Assembly (NCBI GenBank): GCA_013239625.1
Contig: MU054117.1
Span: 620,001 to 684,000, forward strand
Source: Lama guanicoe
Lineage: Eukaryota
Direction of reading: 5' to 3'
Length of the DNA: 64,000 nt
The notes below the pieces were generated by a model. It saw only the letters and a list, made by a program, of their open reading frames with translations. It searched no databases and was not told the origin of the DNA. Shown piece after piece: positions 26,488 to 41,018 of this stretch; position 1 is the stretch's first letter, and every line of letters begins with the position of its first letter. The position numbers were made by a program, and so were the translations under genes.

Positions 26488-27401
26488 TCTGCAAGACAGA
26501 GACAACCTGGAGGCAGGGGCAATCGGATCTGAGCTACAGGGTGAGCTGGGACGGGGAGCCTCCTCCCAGTGTCCGTCTGCTGGAGGGGAGCAGACGGGGC
26601 TTCTGATCAGGGGAATCAAGGGAGAAAATACCATCCGTTCAACTAATCAATCGACAGCAAAATACAGGTGGAGGGGGAGAGGTGGGTGAGGACGCTGGGG
26701 AGATGGCGGGGGTCGGGGCAGCTGTGAACAAACGCCTCAGATCTGTTATTCAACGGTTCAGCGCATCAGAGTGTGCAAACATCACCAAGTCTCTTAACCA
26801 AGAAAAATAATGGCAAAAAACTCAACAACACATGTTAAGGACCAACCGCGAGAGGGTTTGCCTACAGGTAAAGAGAGAAGGGTTAACATGCCAGGTAACA
26901 GAGTCGAGTGCAGGGCTGGGAGGGGCTGTATAGGAGGAGGCGGCTCCCGGGCCGGTGCAGGAGGCCTCGGAGCGGGGATGGGGCTCTGCCTGAGGCCAGG
27001 AGCCGGGGCAGGGTGGCGAGAGCTGGGGACAGGAGGGCCAGGCAGGGGCGAGGCTGCTTCTCCGGGCAGGTACAGGTGGGAGTGGGGACAGCCTGGAAAG
27101 GCCCTTGGGAGGCCACCCCATCACCCGCTCTGGGGCCTCCACGGAGGAGGGGCCAGGCGGCAGCGGCCCTTCAGTGTCAGTACCCGGGCTGAGCGTGTGA
27201 GGCCTCCTGCTGGGGATGGAGGTGGTGGGAAGGGCTGGGCCCCCGCCCCAGCATCTGCCCAGGAGCTGTAAATGCCCCTCCAGCGTCTTCCTCCAGGGTC
27301 CCAGGGCTGCGTCCTCCTATACAGGGTGAGTCATGCCAGGCAGATCGTAAAGGGGGAGAGAAAAGGATGCAGCAGTCAAAACTCAAAAGGAGAGGGTCCT
27401 A

Positions 27402-27812
<411 letters not shown>

Positions 27813-28142
27813 TTATGTGGGCGTACTGGACTCCTTCTTACCGCTCACAGCCCTGGAGGCACAGACCTGGGCACCTGGCGCTGGTGGAGGCCTGACAAAA
27901 GCTGGGTTAGTGGGGGCCACGGGCGGGCGCCCTGGAGGAGGGGCCCCGGCCACGCCCTGGCCCGGCCCCACGGTGGGCAGACCAGGGACGGGGGGCTCAC
28001 TTTTCCCTAGGACGGCGCAGGTTCGAGAGGAAGCATGACTGGAGGGGGTAAAACAGGAAACCAAAACATAAACCAAAGGAGGAAAAGAGAGGGGGGTCAC
28101 AGAGGAGGCGGAGAGGAGGGTCCTGGGCAGAGTCATACTCAC

Positions 28143-28226
28143 ATTCGTCTCACTGAGAATGACGTCAATTACGCTGCCAATTACGATGAGGAAGTCAAAG
28201 ACATTCCAGGGGTCACTAAAGTAACC
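28143..28226 (-). CDS. CACNA1C: CACNA1C exon 31 (84 nt): IVS3, mutually exclusive with exon 32
   Basis: [28 protein letters not shown]; |GTGAGT donor. Confidence 0.97.
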
Positions 28227-30839
28227 CTGCACAGGGAGGGGTGGCAGGGCGGGGATTGAAAAGCAGCGTTAGAGGGACAGGAACAGAGCTCTGCACCAAA
28301 GAACCGCCGTCAGGCGCCGCCGCGGCCGCTGGAGCTCCAAGCAGGAGGGGAGCCGTCCAACCCGGCCCTGCCGTCCAGACCCTCCCTCCAGACCCATCCC
28401 CCTCGCCGCCCTCCTGCGAGTGGCCCTTCCTGCTTCACGGGGCTGGACCACCGTGTCCTCCAGCATCTCCGTCAGGAGGGAGGGAGGGAACACAGGGCGT
28501 GGTGCTTAGAGGGGTGGTCTCGGAGGGTGGCCAGGCCCCCTGTGCTCAGGGGTGACTCACATGACGCCCACAATAATTAGGGGGGCAGGTCATTAGCACA
28601 GTGTCTACGACCAGGTGGACTCGATGCAGAGGGCATCAGGGCCACGCCTGAGCCTGGACGGGCACCCAGCCCCAGTGTGCCCCACGCTTCCTGGCAAGGG
28701 CTTTCCTGACGGAAAGGAGGCAGAGGTCAGGCCAGTCCTAAGGCCTGGTAACGTGGGAGGTGACCCTAGACAGTGTCGGAAGCCCCTCCCCCAGGTCCTC
28801 CCCCAGCACCACCACGCTGACTCAGGGTCCTGCTGAAATGCCACCCAAGAGAATGAGTTCTCACAGCCTTCCTGCGGGCTGGGTGGGGGTCTCGGCGACA
28901 GGCAGCCCAGGAAGGGTGTGGAGGAGGGATCCTGGCACCAGGGTTCTGATTCCACCCCTTTATTCTGCCCACGCAGACTTGGTTTATTTTACACCCTATT
29001 TGGGGCAGGGAACAGATGAGTATTTTGGAAGGCTGTCTGAAGTGCTTGGACTACTGGTTGACCAATTGTCCCATTCCCACGAGGGTTCCCGGAGTCCTGG
29101 GCGGGTGGACTCCCTGCGGGGGGAGGGGCGGGTTCCTGGGTGTGGACTGTGTGCAGGGGTCAGAGAGCCCTGCGCTGTGACCACATGGACGCACACTTGG
29201 TGCAGGGGCCCCAGGAGCCAGGCCTCCACACTCCCTGTGGGTGGCCGGCGGGCACCCAGCCCCGGAGCATTTGTCTTCTTTAAGAAAGGACATTTGCCCC
29301 TTCGGCTTTTCGAGGAATATTCTGCAGAGCGGGCAAGACAGGGCTGGGCTCCCAGGAGGAGGAATTCTGAGGTTGGCGGGGGAGGAGGTGACAAAGCACT
29401 CAGGGTCTCTCCCCAGCCCTGCTTTTTAATTTCTGGCTCTCGGGAGCCCGTGTTCCCCCAGGTCTCCCAGCCCGGCCCCCTTAGAGGGGTCACGAGACAT
29501 GGTCCTGGTGCTGTAGCCTAGTGTGGGAGGCCAGGTCACAGGGACAGGGGACTCAGCTCCCAGGAATTTCTGCCAAGAGAAAGGAGAAACCCTGCCATGG
29601 AGACTCCAGGTAGCCAGACAGGGGAGCAGAGGTTGGCCAGGGCGGGGCTGAGGTGAGGGAGGGTCACTTGAAATCATGGCTTCCTGCTGGCTTCCAGAGT
29701 GCTTCTCTGAACATCCCAGAGCCTTTGCGGCTGAGGGAGCCCGCTCTCCCAGTCAGGTCACGGGCTGTGAGCGGGAAACATCCGGCCCCCTCCGAGGTCC
29801 TCCCTCCGCACCACAGGGCACACGGGGTGCTGATTCTGAGGGCGGGATGGGGGCAGAGAGTGAAGACCTCAAATGAACTACAACATGCACGTGTTTTAAA
29901 GCCAGGGCATGGAGAACTCTGGGGGGCTGCCTCGCCGTAGGAATGCCGCCTTTGTGGGTAGAGCTATTTCGGAAGGGAAGGCCGTGGGCCAAGGAAGAGA
30001 AAGGAGAGAAACAGGAGCCGGAGTGGAGTCCAGGAGCGCTCAGCACAGCCTAGAAAACGCGGTAATGGAACGTTATTTGGGTCTGGGGGCGGGAGAGAGA
30101 GGACGGCGGGTCTCGGTGCTCCAGGGAGGAGGCGGCGTTGGACTTTGTTCGCCCACCAAAGCCCTGAAATAGATGTTGAGTTGGCCTCGGTCTGCGACGT
30201 GGCTGCGGGGAAGGCAGGGAGGAAGGGGCAGGACAGACACAGAGGTTAGCTAGCCGGCGAGCCCAGGGAGGAGCCGGACCTCGAGGGACGCTGCAGCCCC
30301 ACCCTGCTTTTCTGGTCCCCTGCCCTCGGGCTCCTCTGTGCACGAGAAACAAGACAGCCAGCTCCTCTGGGACCGCCGCCTCCCCACCCTCCAGGGCCGG
30401 CCTCTGTCGGGCTGGCTGGCCCTGCAGCTGGGAAGAGGCCCAGGCCTCACCGTGCCCCACGCAGGCTGTGCCGCTGGAGGCGTCTGGCTGAGCTCCCTGA
30501 CAGTGGGACGCGGCCTGCGGGCCCAGGGCCAGGGCCTCCGTGGGCCCGGCTGGAGGAGGTTTACACGTGGCCAAACAGGGCGGGGCTGACAGGGTCCCTT
30601 GAAGGGGCAGCTCCCCGTGACCCGTCCACCCCCTTCCTGCCCCTCTGTCCCACGAGCCCGTCCGTCCTCCCAGCTGGACCATGCCCTCCCCTCCAAGTCC
30701 CTTCCTCCCACCCGGTCCACACCCTCTCCCAGAAAAAGCTGACATCCTCCGCGTAGGTCACAGGTTGTCGGGTCCCCAAGTGGGCGGGGCCTGGGAGGAA
30801 GATGTTCCTACACTCTCTGGAGTGCGAGAGCCCAGTGTC

Positions 30840-30841
<2 letters not shown>

Positions 30842-30870
<29 letters not shown>
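30842..30870. repeat. (CT)n(CA)n compound microsatellite
   Basis: ctctctctctctcacacacacacacacac. Confidence 0.9.
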
Positions 30871-31494
30871 CTGTCTCTGCCCATCTCCTCGTGTGCTGGA
30901 ACCCACTGGTGATACTGGTTTCGAGGGGTGTGATGGAGGAAGGACAGCAGGGAAAAATCATACACTTTTCCTCTTAAGAAATCAGTCTGACCTGGAGCCA
31001 GGCTATACCTGTCTCCCCTTCTTTCCCATATGGGAGGGGAGGAGCCAGGTCAGGGAAAGGGACCTCGAGGCTCTCTCCGAAGTGGCCAACCAAACCTCTC
31101 AGTGTCCAGCTCCTCAGAGCCAGGCAGGGCTAACCAGCCGGGGGGACGGAGTTTCGGGGCTGGAGGCCTCTCCCTCGTCATCCTTAACCCCGCGGGATGC
31201 GCGGACGCCAGCCTCCGGAGGTCTCGTGTGCGTCCACGTGGGCCGGTGGGAGCTGCTCCCTCCTTGCGAATAATCCCGTCTACCAAGGACGTGGCCCCTC
31301 GGCTCACTGGCCGCCGTGGCAGAGAAGATGCGGGCCAAGCTGGAACCGGCCTCAGCACATCGTTGTCGGGAAGGACAGACGCTGCCCGGGCGTCGTCGGG
31401 TGCATCTCACATGCACAGGGATTTTGGACTTTCCTCCCTTTTGGATTGTCTGTGCCCTGATTCGCTCCATCCTTGGAGCTATTGCAGGTTGAAG

Positions 31495-31690
31495 GACGTG
31501 GTGCAATGGTTGAGGCCGTGATCCCCAGAGGCAGGGTGTCTGGGTTCAAGTCCTACCTCTGGCACTTAATGGCTGAGTAACCTTGGGCAAGTAACCCCCT
31601 TCTCCGTGCCTCAGTTTCCCCACCCAGAACAGGGGGTAGCGGTGAGAATTAAATGGGACGACACAAGTGCAGCGCCTGGACCCGCAGGAA
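31495..31690 (+). mobile_element. MIR
   Basis: ctgggttcaagtcctacctctggcactt...aaccttgggcaagt...gtgcctcagtttcccc...gtgagaattaaatg. Confidence 0.85.
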
Positions 31691-32891
31691 GGTGCCAGGC
31701 AGCCCCAGCGACGCACGGTTGCCTAGAGCCGATCTGCCCCTCTCCTGGGCAAGCAGGTCCAGAGGCGCAGTTCTGGGGAAGGCACAGCCCGGGTGTGTGG
31801 AAGGAGGAGGGCGGAAGGTCACGGTTCCAGAATCCTGTCTCATCTTGATCCTAGTGAGGACTGCAGCTGTCCTCAGGGTCTTGAATGAAATCTGGCTTCG
31901 TTTCGAGCAAGTGGTCCTGCGTCGATTTTGCCAAACTCAGGTTCACACTGACAGTTAACTGCCAGGTTCTTGGAAGCCACCCCGTCCCCGGGGGAGACCC
32001 CGGTCCCTCTTCCTCGGGCGGAGGGCTGGGAAGGGAGCAGCGGGCTGCCTGGTGGGCCCAAGAGCAGGACTGCAGAAGGGAGGCTCCAGGCACCCACCCT
32101 GGCGCCTGAATTCGGGACCCTCAGCCCCTTGGCTGCCCCGAGCGAGGTCTCCCTGGTCTTCTCAGAGGCAACGTAAGCTTCAAAGCAGGAAGGTGCGGAG
32201 AAGGGTCCACGGACGCCGGCACCCGGGGCTGGGCTGCTGTTCTCAGGCCTTTGGAGGCGGCAGCCACTCTGCTGCCGTCACTTGCTTTCTTCCCTGTCCC
32301 TCCTGCCCGTCTTCCTGATCTGCCTCTGACGGGTCCAGCAGGAGAAGCAAAGGGGCACGAGGAGCTGATCCGGAAGCTTTTCCCGGCCCCCGGGAGAGAG
32401 GCCGACTCTGACTTTGTCTGTCGGGGTCTCTGCCCCAAGATGTTTCCTTCCAGGGACACGCGGGCCCCCGGGAGGGACGTGGGGGAGTGGCTGGGACTGG
32501 ACGCGGAGCTGCTGGAAGGAGACAGAGGGCAGGGAGGAAGGGGAGGCGGAGAGGAACTCCAGAGACACGGGGAGGAACGGGTGAGCAGGGCTGGGTGGGA
32601 AAAGCCCCTGAAGGTGGACAGTGAGAGGAGGGACCACACGCAGGGCGGGAGGCGGGAGGTGGGGAGAAGGGAGGGCAGGGGAGAGCGGAGAGCCCAGGGG
32701 GCCTCAGAGCGACTCTGCAGGTGAAGCTGGAGGGAGGCGGTCAGCGCCCCAGGGTGGCTGGAGGATGTGGTCGTGTGAGGACGGCGGTTTGCCAGAGGGA
32801 GGCCAGATGCTGGATCAGCAAGGAAAGAAGGTTCTGGAAGAGCTGATGGGGCGGGCGGAGCAATCAGCTGCAGGGTTTCTTGGCTGGAGAC

Positions 32892-32982
32892 AGTGCTCTC
32901 CTGGGAGGCTCCTGTACCCCCACCTCCTCACCCAGCAAGTGCTCTCCAGGGAGGCTCCTGTACCCCCACCTCCTCACCCAGC
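32892..32982. repeat. 46-bp tandem duplication
   Basis: agtgctctcc(t/a)gggaggctcctgtacccccacctcctcacccagc x2, one mismatch. Confidence 0.9.
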
Positions 32983-35900
32983 TCCCCCTCCGCCCACCCA
33001 GCCCTCGTCTGTCCCTTTGCCACCAGCCCCGTGGGAAGAAGTCAGCTGTGACGACCCTTCTGCCTGACCGTGCCCGCCAGCAATCCCCACCCGTGTCAGG
33101 GCCAACAGTCCTTCCCAAGAGAGAAAACCGTCCCTGGGACGGCAGAGAAAACTTTGCTCTGGGGGCCGGGGGCCGGGGGGCCCTGTGCTGGACAAACAGC
33201 TGGAAATAAGAGTGACGTGCCCTGGTGCTCGGCAGGTCCGAGGCCGGCGCTCAGCTCAGACCTCCAAGGCGCGGAGCCCACGGGCCTGGCCCAGCCCCCA
33301 GCCCAGTGCTGACCAGCAGGGCTGCCCCTCCCGGGGCGAGGCCTGAGCAGGGCCGGCCCGATGCCTCTGATGACCTGGTGGCATCTGACACCAGGCTCAT
33401 CCCTCGCTCCCGGCCCAGCGCAGTGCCGGGGGCCGTGGTGGACTCCTTGGACGTCAGGCCGAGGGAGGGGCAGCTGGTCCTCTGTCAGCGGCGGCCCTCC
33501 TGCTCACCTCACCGCCTTTCGGCCTCTCTGCTCGCTTGGAAGCGGCCAAGGCTACATGCCTTCTTTCCTAAAGATAACAGGGGCTCCAAAAAGCACTCCA
33601 AACAGGGAAGACATGGTGTTGGCAGAACTTCTGCTCACCATCAGCTGGCACTGTGAAGTCCTCTGTCTGGGGCAGGTGGCAGGGGCCATCGCCCCTGGCA
33701 GTTAGGAGGGCAGGGCCAGGACGCCAGGGGGAGCTGGGCTGGGGAAACGCAGGGTGGTTGGATTCAGGGCAGGGATTTGCTGGAGTAAACCTATCCCACG
33801 GCGAGGAAGCAGGAACGAAAAGACCCAGCGAACATCAATCCCCACGAGGCCAACGGAAGAACCACAAACTGACTGACCACCCAACCACGAGACAGAGGGA
33901 CGGAGGAGGCAACGCAGGGGCAACCTGAGTCCCCCATCAGGGCCAGTGTCAGCCTTCTGTGTCCTCACTGCCTGCCTGTCCTCGCTCAGCATGCCTGCAG
34001 GTGCAAACACACCCCCAGCACAAACGCACCATCCCGCTGGGGACCGGAGGGGCGCAGAGCAGGACCCCGGCGGGTGGTGACACGCAGGCCACCGCGAGGA
34101 GCTGCCATTTGAGGACAGATCAGCTGGATTCTCCCACCAGAGCTCCAGGAGGTTTACGGTGTGGTGTTCCACCCGGAGGTTTTGGGGATGCTTTTCCTGG
34201 AGTCTCGTCCTTAATGAGGATCCTGGAACACGGCTCTCTCCCTACTGGTCACCCTCCTCAGGCAGCCAGGCCAGTGACTTCTGCACTTCAGGGTATTCCC
34301 AGAAAAGGTCCATCTCCCTTCTCTTCAACCACAGGCCCCGCAGGCGGCAGGTGTGAGCGGTACGTGGCCCCAGGGCGGCTTGCTCGCTTCTCCAGGAAAG
34401 GTCTCTGTTTTACCCCGTCTTCTTGCAATAGGAAGCTAGGGATGGAGAAGTCGGGGCACCGTGCAGTGCAGACCACCGTTCCCGGGTCTGCAGGGTTTCG
34501 GGGGTGCTTTCCAGGTGGAGGCCCCTGCAGGTGTCACTCCCTTTCGCTTCGTAAGGCAGCTTTGCCGTTCGCCCAGTGCAGCGCCTGTGCTCAGGAGGCC
34601 TGAGTCCAGAAGCCCCTGCAGGGCCTTGCAGGCTGCACCAAGCAACACCAGAGACACAGCGGAGTCAACCGCAGAGGGAGCCTAACCACGCGTCTCACGA
34701 GGCTGGGTGACGGCGAGGCAGGTTCCCTCCTGGAGGCGGACGTCTGAGACTGGAGCCCAGCCCAGCGACGGCCCCGCCTCCCCCGCCTGGCCGGCCACGC
34801 TGCCATGGGCAGAACAGGACTGCAGGGCCCCACGGAAGGTGGCCAGGGACATTCGGAAGTCTTCCCTGCCCCTAAACGGGACCAGGCTTGGAAGGCGATG
34901 TGAGAAAGGGTGTGTTTGCTGCCCTGGAGGCGGTCGGAATCCACTGCTACTATCACCCGATGACGCACATTAGGCGTCTCAGTCTCTGAAGATGAGCCAG
35001 GATCTTGACATGAGAGGAAGACTCGGCGCTGTGATTCGGCCTGTCTTGGCTTTGAGTCCCTCGAAGGCTGCTCCCCTCTTTCTGGAAAGCCCAGCAGAAC
35101 ACTCGGTGGAGAGACGCCTGCCGACAGCCTGGTGCGGCGGCAAATGCGGCGACCACAGCGCCCAACGCCCCGGATGCCACCCCCGGCTCTGCCTCTGAAA
35201 GACGGCGTGGCTAACATGACACGTGACTGCGTTGAGCCCCACTCCCTCTTCCCTGAGACGCGGAGGCCAGCACGGGGCTCCGTGGCGTCTGCGGGCTGCC
35301 TGCAGTGAGCGGGCAGCGCCCCGTGTTCTGAGACGTGTGGGTTGAACGTGAGCTCAAGGAGGATGGAGAGGATCTCTTCAGTGAGCAGGGCTGCAGCCGC
35401 CACGGAGCCTCGTCCTGCCCCAAGTGGTCAGGGCATCACCGTCCGGAGGGAGCGGAATGGATGGTCAGGGGCCCTTGCTGTCGGGGACCTGCTGACTGTG
35501 CGGCCCCGGGAAGAACCCGCGTTGGCGGGGAGCGCTCACCCTCCCAGAACCAGTGCCTTTGTTCTCGTCGCCTTGAAGCTGCAGCGGCTGCAGCGCCGTG
35601 TGACCGCCTCCCTCAGGGCAGCTGCCCAGTGCCCAGTGCCCAGCAGGGGCCGTGGCTCCCACCATCTTCAGGGGCCAAGATGGACAGTGCTGCTCACACA
35701 GTTCCTCTCCCGTCATCGGGAAGCAGGGCCGGGGTGGGGGGCACAGATAATCCAAGTGACCGGGAATCAGCTGCCTCCCGGCCTCACTCAGCCAGCGGCT
35801 CTCACCTTCTCCCAAACTCTTCCTAGAACTGCTGACAAGGAGCAAACAGACGCGTGCGGGTCTGCCCTGCACTGGAAGGTGCGAGGGGCCACGATGGGCC

Positions 35901-36204
35901 CTGAGGGTGGCCCGGAGGCCTCCAGCGGCAGGAGCACCCAGCCTGGAGCAGACGCGCCCTGGCTGAGCCTTTACAGCAAGACCACCAGTCTGTGCGGCCT
36001 GGGGGTCTGGGGGCTGGGCCTGAGAGGTTTGGTTTCCAGCTCCTTCTAGATGGTATGCGGGGCCGCGACAGGGACAGGGTGAGAGTGGGGGGGGCACTGA
36101 ACCTCCCTGGGAGGCAGCTTTGCTCAGGCGGGAACTGTTCCCTTGTACCAGCCGTGGTCCGGACCACGAGCTGAGAGTCGACTTCAAGGAGTCGGCCTGG
36201 TTCA

Positions 36205-36690
<486 letters not shown>

Positions 36691-36710
36691 CGNNNNNNNN
36701 NNNNNNNNNN

Positions 36711-36869
36711 NNNNNNNNNNNNNNNNNNNNNNNNNNNNNNNNNNNNNNNNNNNNNNNNNNNNNNNNNNNNNNNNNNNNNNNNNNNNNNNNNNNNNNNNNN
36801 NNNNNNNNNNNNNNNNNNNNNNNNNNNNNNNNNNNNNNNNNNNNNNNNNNNNNNNNCCACGCACTGCCG
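36711..36869 (-). CDS. CACNA1C: CACNA1C exon 29 (III-IV linker and IVS1); only 36857-36869 is sequenced
   Basis: Acceptor CTAACCGCCCTCTCCCCCCAG|CGG CAG TGC GTG G (RQCV) followed by an N gap; lower bound inferred from the expected 159-nt length. Confidence 0.8.
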
Positions 36870-38133
36870 CTGGGGGGAGAGGGCGGTTAGGGGCCTGGGT
36901 GGTGGGGGGAGGGGCGGGGAGGGGAGGTGCACGTAGGAGGTGCTGCACACGCGGGGGTCTCTGCGGGTCGGAGGAGTCGCCTACGGCTTCAGCTCCCCTA
37001 CAGGGCTGAGGTGTTGCATGGGCTTCTTTTGGCTTTTCTGTCACCCCGTGACCCAGGAGAGGCTGTCTCCGGTCAGCCTCCCTCTCAAGGCGCAGTCAAG
37101 GGGTCTGCGTCTCCCTTTCTCTGACTTGGTGACGCCCGCCGCACTGAGGACTCGCGGCGGCATTTGACACGTGCTTGCTGACTGACTGCTGGTCGGCCTT
37201 CTCACGGATTACTTCCAGCGGCACCTCTGTCCTCAGCTTTCCTCTCTGTCCTAAGCTGGCCTTCCCCACTCACCAGCGCCCACAGACGAGGAGACAGAGC
37301 TCTCGGGGTGGCGGGGGGTGGGATCTGCGCTAAGCCCATCCCGCCTCCTTTCTCCCGTGGGGCCCAGATTCCCAGGCCAGGAGCTGGCGTCGCTCCGGCT
37401 CCTGCCTTGCGCTCGGCCTCCGCGCCGGGTCTCTAACCCTGACCGACTCTACCTCCTCCTGCCCACTCCGTTTCCACACCTGTCAACCCGGTAGTGGATC
37501 GGGGTCTAACTGCCTCTCGTCCACACTTCCTAACTGGCCTCCTTCCTCCCTGCCTTCATTATAGTCCACAGTCCACACAGCGGCCAGGAGGCTGGGCCTA
37601 AGCCAAGGGGCTGACACAAAGCCCACGAGGGGCCCGCTCCTCCCTAAGCAGAGCTTGTTTCCCACGGACCTCGGCGGGCGGGAGCTGGTGGGGGGTCTGG
37701 TCCTGGCGTCTGCAGGCCTCAGGCCCTGCGCCTCGGTCCTCGCCCCCCGAGCAGAAGTCGGCCCACTGCTGGCTTCCTCCTGAAGCCTTTCCTGCCCCAC
37801 CTCGTGCACAGGCCTGTGTGCCTCATTTAAGACACTAGCAGCGGCTTCCAGAGTGTTCCCTCCCCCAGACCTGCCAAACCTCCCGGCCTCAGCCTGGCTT
37901 CCTCCCTCCCGTCCGAGGTGCCCGCCCGCCCAGGCCTGTCCTGACTCGCGGGCTCCCGCGTGTGACTCGGGGCTCGGGAGCCTCCCTAAGTGCCTGCCGG
38001 ACGAGCACGGCGGCGTCTGCGGCACTGGGACCGGCGGGGCTGCAGTCCCTCTGCCCCGGCGTCGAGCCCCATCCTCTCTCTCGGGGCCCGGCCGCGGCCC
38101 TGGCCCCGGCCCCTCGACCCCCCGGGGGGCTAC

Positions 38134-38335
38134 CTGGTTCTTGTCCAGCTCGCAGTTCCTGTACTCCTGCTCCCCCNNNNNNNNNNNNNNNNNNNNNNNN
38201 NNNNNNNNNNNNNNNNNNNNNNNNNNNNNNNNNNNNNNNNNNNNNNNNNNNNNNNNNNNNNNNNNNNNNNNNNNNNNNNNNNNNNNNNNNNNNNNNNNNN
38301 NNNNNNNNNNNNNNNNNNNNNNNNNNNNNNNNNNN
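38134..38335 (-). CDS. CACNA1C: CACNA1C exon 28 (IIIS6 and III-IV linker); only 38134-38176 is sequenced, the rest lies in an N gap
   Basis: Visible 3' end GEQEYRNCELDKNQ with |GTAGCC donor; upper bound inferred from the expected 202-nt length. Confidence 0.85.
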
Positions 38336-38374
38336 NNNNNNNNNNNNNGCCCGCGGAGGGCGGGGGCTGGGCAC

Positions 38375-38580
38375 AGCTCTGGGCTGAGGGCCAGGAGACC
38401 CGGGTCGCATCCCAGCTCTGCCACGTACTGGCCGTGTGGCTCAGGCGCACCACCCCACCTCCCTGAGCCTCAGAGCCCCGTCGGTAAGGTGGGGGCACTC
38501 CCAGACCTGCCCCCCGGCAGGGCAGCTGGTGCAACGTCCACGAGGGTGTCTGGAAACCGTCAAGAACCGTCTAAATGCAA
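38375..38580 (+). mobile_element. MIR (GC-shifted)
   Basis: cccgggtcgcatcccagctctgccacgtactggccgtgtggc...ctgagcctcag. Confidence 0.7.
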
Positions 38581-39587
38581 CACGAGTCGCTTCGGCCCTG
38601 GCTTCAGATACTGGAAATTTTGGCAGATGCTGAAACAGCTCTGCAAATCTGCAGACTCGGAGGACGTTACGTGAACGTGAGATAAATCTGAGAGCAAATA
38701 TCAATCTGGGTACAAACCCTTGGTGAAAACGGCCCAGGCTCACTCAGCTCATCCCCGAGGGCTCGGTTTACAGGCGGGGGCTCGCGCGCGCCCTGCGCCT
38801 GGGCCTGGGCCACGGGCCCGTGGTGCTCGCTTCTCCAGTGGACGGACCCCCCACTCCCACCTGCTGCCCTGCACGGCGTCGGCTGCTCTCCGGGCGGTCT
38901 CGGCCTTTCACCCCTCAATAACCGTGCCTCCCGCCCAGGAGCCACGTGCCGTCGCTGGCTTAGGAATGCCTGGGATTTTCTGCCTTTGAGACGATGGTGT
39001 CACTGGGAGACGTGGGGCCGTGGGGCAAGCAGGTGTCTGTACAGAGACATCGGGAGCCCGATGGACAAGCCAGGCGGAGGTGACGCAGTGGAAAGGCCAC
39101 CCGGGCTGGTCCAGGCCTGCCGGCACTGCCTCTGCAGCAACTGGGACCCAGGCTTCCTTCCCTCTCGGACTTCCCACCACCGTAAACACGGACTAGGCTT
39201 CCTCTGAGGAGACGGCGCAGCGTCCAACAGCACCTGACCCCCTGAGAGCACACTGGGAGCAGCGGCCTTGAGTCCTGTGGTGACCCAGGGGCCCACACCT
39301 GGAGAAGCCCTCACCCCCCACTGCCGGATGCCACGAGGGTGATGGCAGACGCCCCATCACGGCAGCTGACCCTCGGTTGGGAAGAGGAGCTAAAAGGAGC
39401 TCCTTTTTGGCTGAAGTTCCAAAAAGTTAACATCTTCCAGAAAAAGAAGTTGTGTTTCAGTGGTGACCTGCCCACACACTGCCTGGGGCGGCACAGAGAA
39501 GTGCGTTTCCTGGGAGGGACGGTGGGGCGTCAGTACCGCTGAGGGGCCGCGGGGAGGCCAGCGCCGTGGCCGTGACCTGCATACTCA

Positions 39588-39893
<306 letters not shown>

Positions 39894-40031
39894 TCACGTG
39901 TTCTGTCAGTGGGACCACGTAACCCACGGGTGAAGTCCAGCCGCCAGCGCCGTCCAGCCCTCCCCTCAGGCCGAGCCACCAACCGCCCAGAGTCAGCCAC
40001 GTCCACGCTGGCTGTCCCCAGCCGCTCTCAC

Positions 40032-40084
40032 CTGCACTCCGCCTCCGTCTGCTTGGAGCTGTCGGAACAGGTGTAGAGCTTGCC
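40032..40084 (-). CDS. CACNA1C: CACNA1C exon 26 (53 nt)
   Basis: GKLYTCSDSSKQTEAEC(R); |GTGAGA donor. Confidence 0.97.
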
Positions 40085-40442
40085 CTGGAAGGAGGAGGCA
40101 CAAAGTGACGGAGATGCTCTGCGATCAAGGCGTCGGTCAGGACTGCTCAGTGATCGTCCCTGCAGCCCGGCTCTGTGCTGGGGTCTCGGGACAAAAGTGA
40201 AGGGAGAGCAGCGCCCAGGTGGGGAGTCAGGACCCACAAAGCAGCCAGTCAGAAACACCCCCGGGGCCACGGGGGCTCAATACCCCGGAGGCTGGACCCC
40301 CAGAAAAGGCTGTGGCGGGAGGGGGAGTGGCCGGGCTTGGGGCTGAATTTGGGGGAGAAAACAGGGCAGGCTTACGTGGTGGGGGTGGGGGTGGTGCTGC
40401 AGCCGGAGGGGAGAGGGCGGAAGGAAAGGAGCGGGGCGGGAC

Positions 40443-40505
40443 CGGGGCGGACCAGGCTCTGAGCGTGGCGGGCACGGGGCGGACCAGGCTCTGAGCGTGG
40501 CGGGC
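40443..40505. repeat. 32-bp tandem duplication
   Basis: cggggcggaccaggctctgagcgtggcgggc x2, perfect. Confidence 0.9.
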
Positions 40506-40616
40506 GGTCAGCTCGGTGCTGCTGGCACGGGGAGCCGCGGGGCGGCGGGTGGGGGTTTGGGCAGGTGACTGACCCGGGGGTTCTGGGGGAGGAAAACCCC
40601 TCTCCTTTTCTCACTA

Positions 40617-41018
<402 letters not shown>

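Noticed and set aside
26834-26841. Perfect U12 branch motif TCCTTAAC on the minus strand followed by an AG
   Set aside because: Intron 32 has a U2 donor, and the same 8-mer also occurs antisense at 31181 and 47883, so it is compatible with chance
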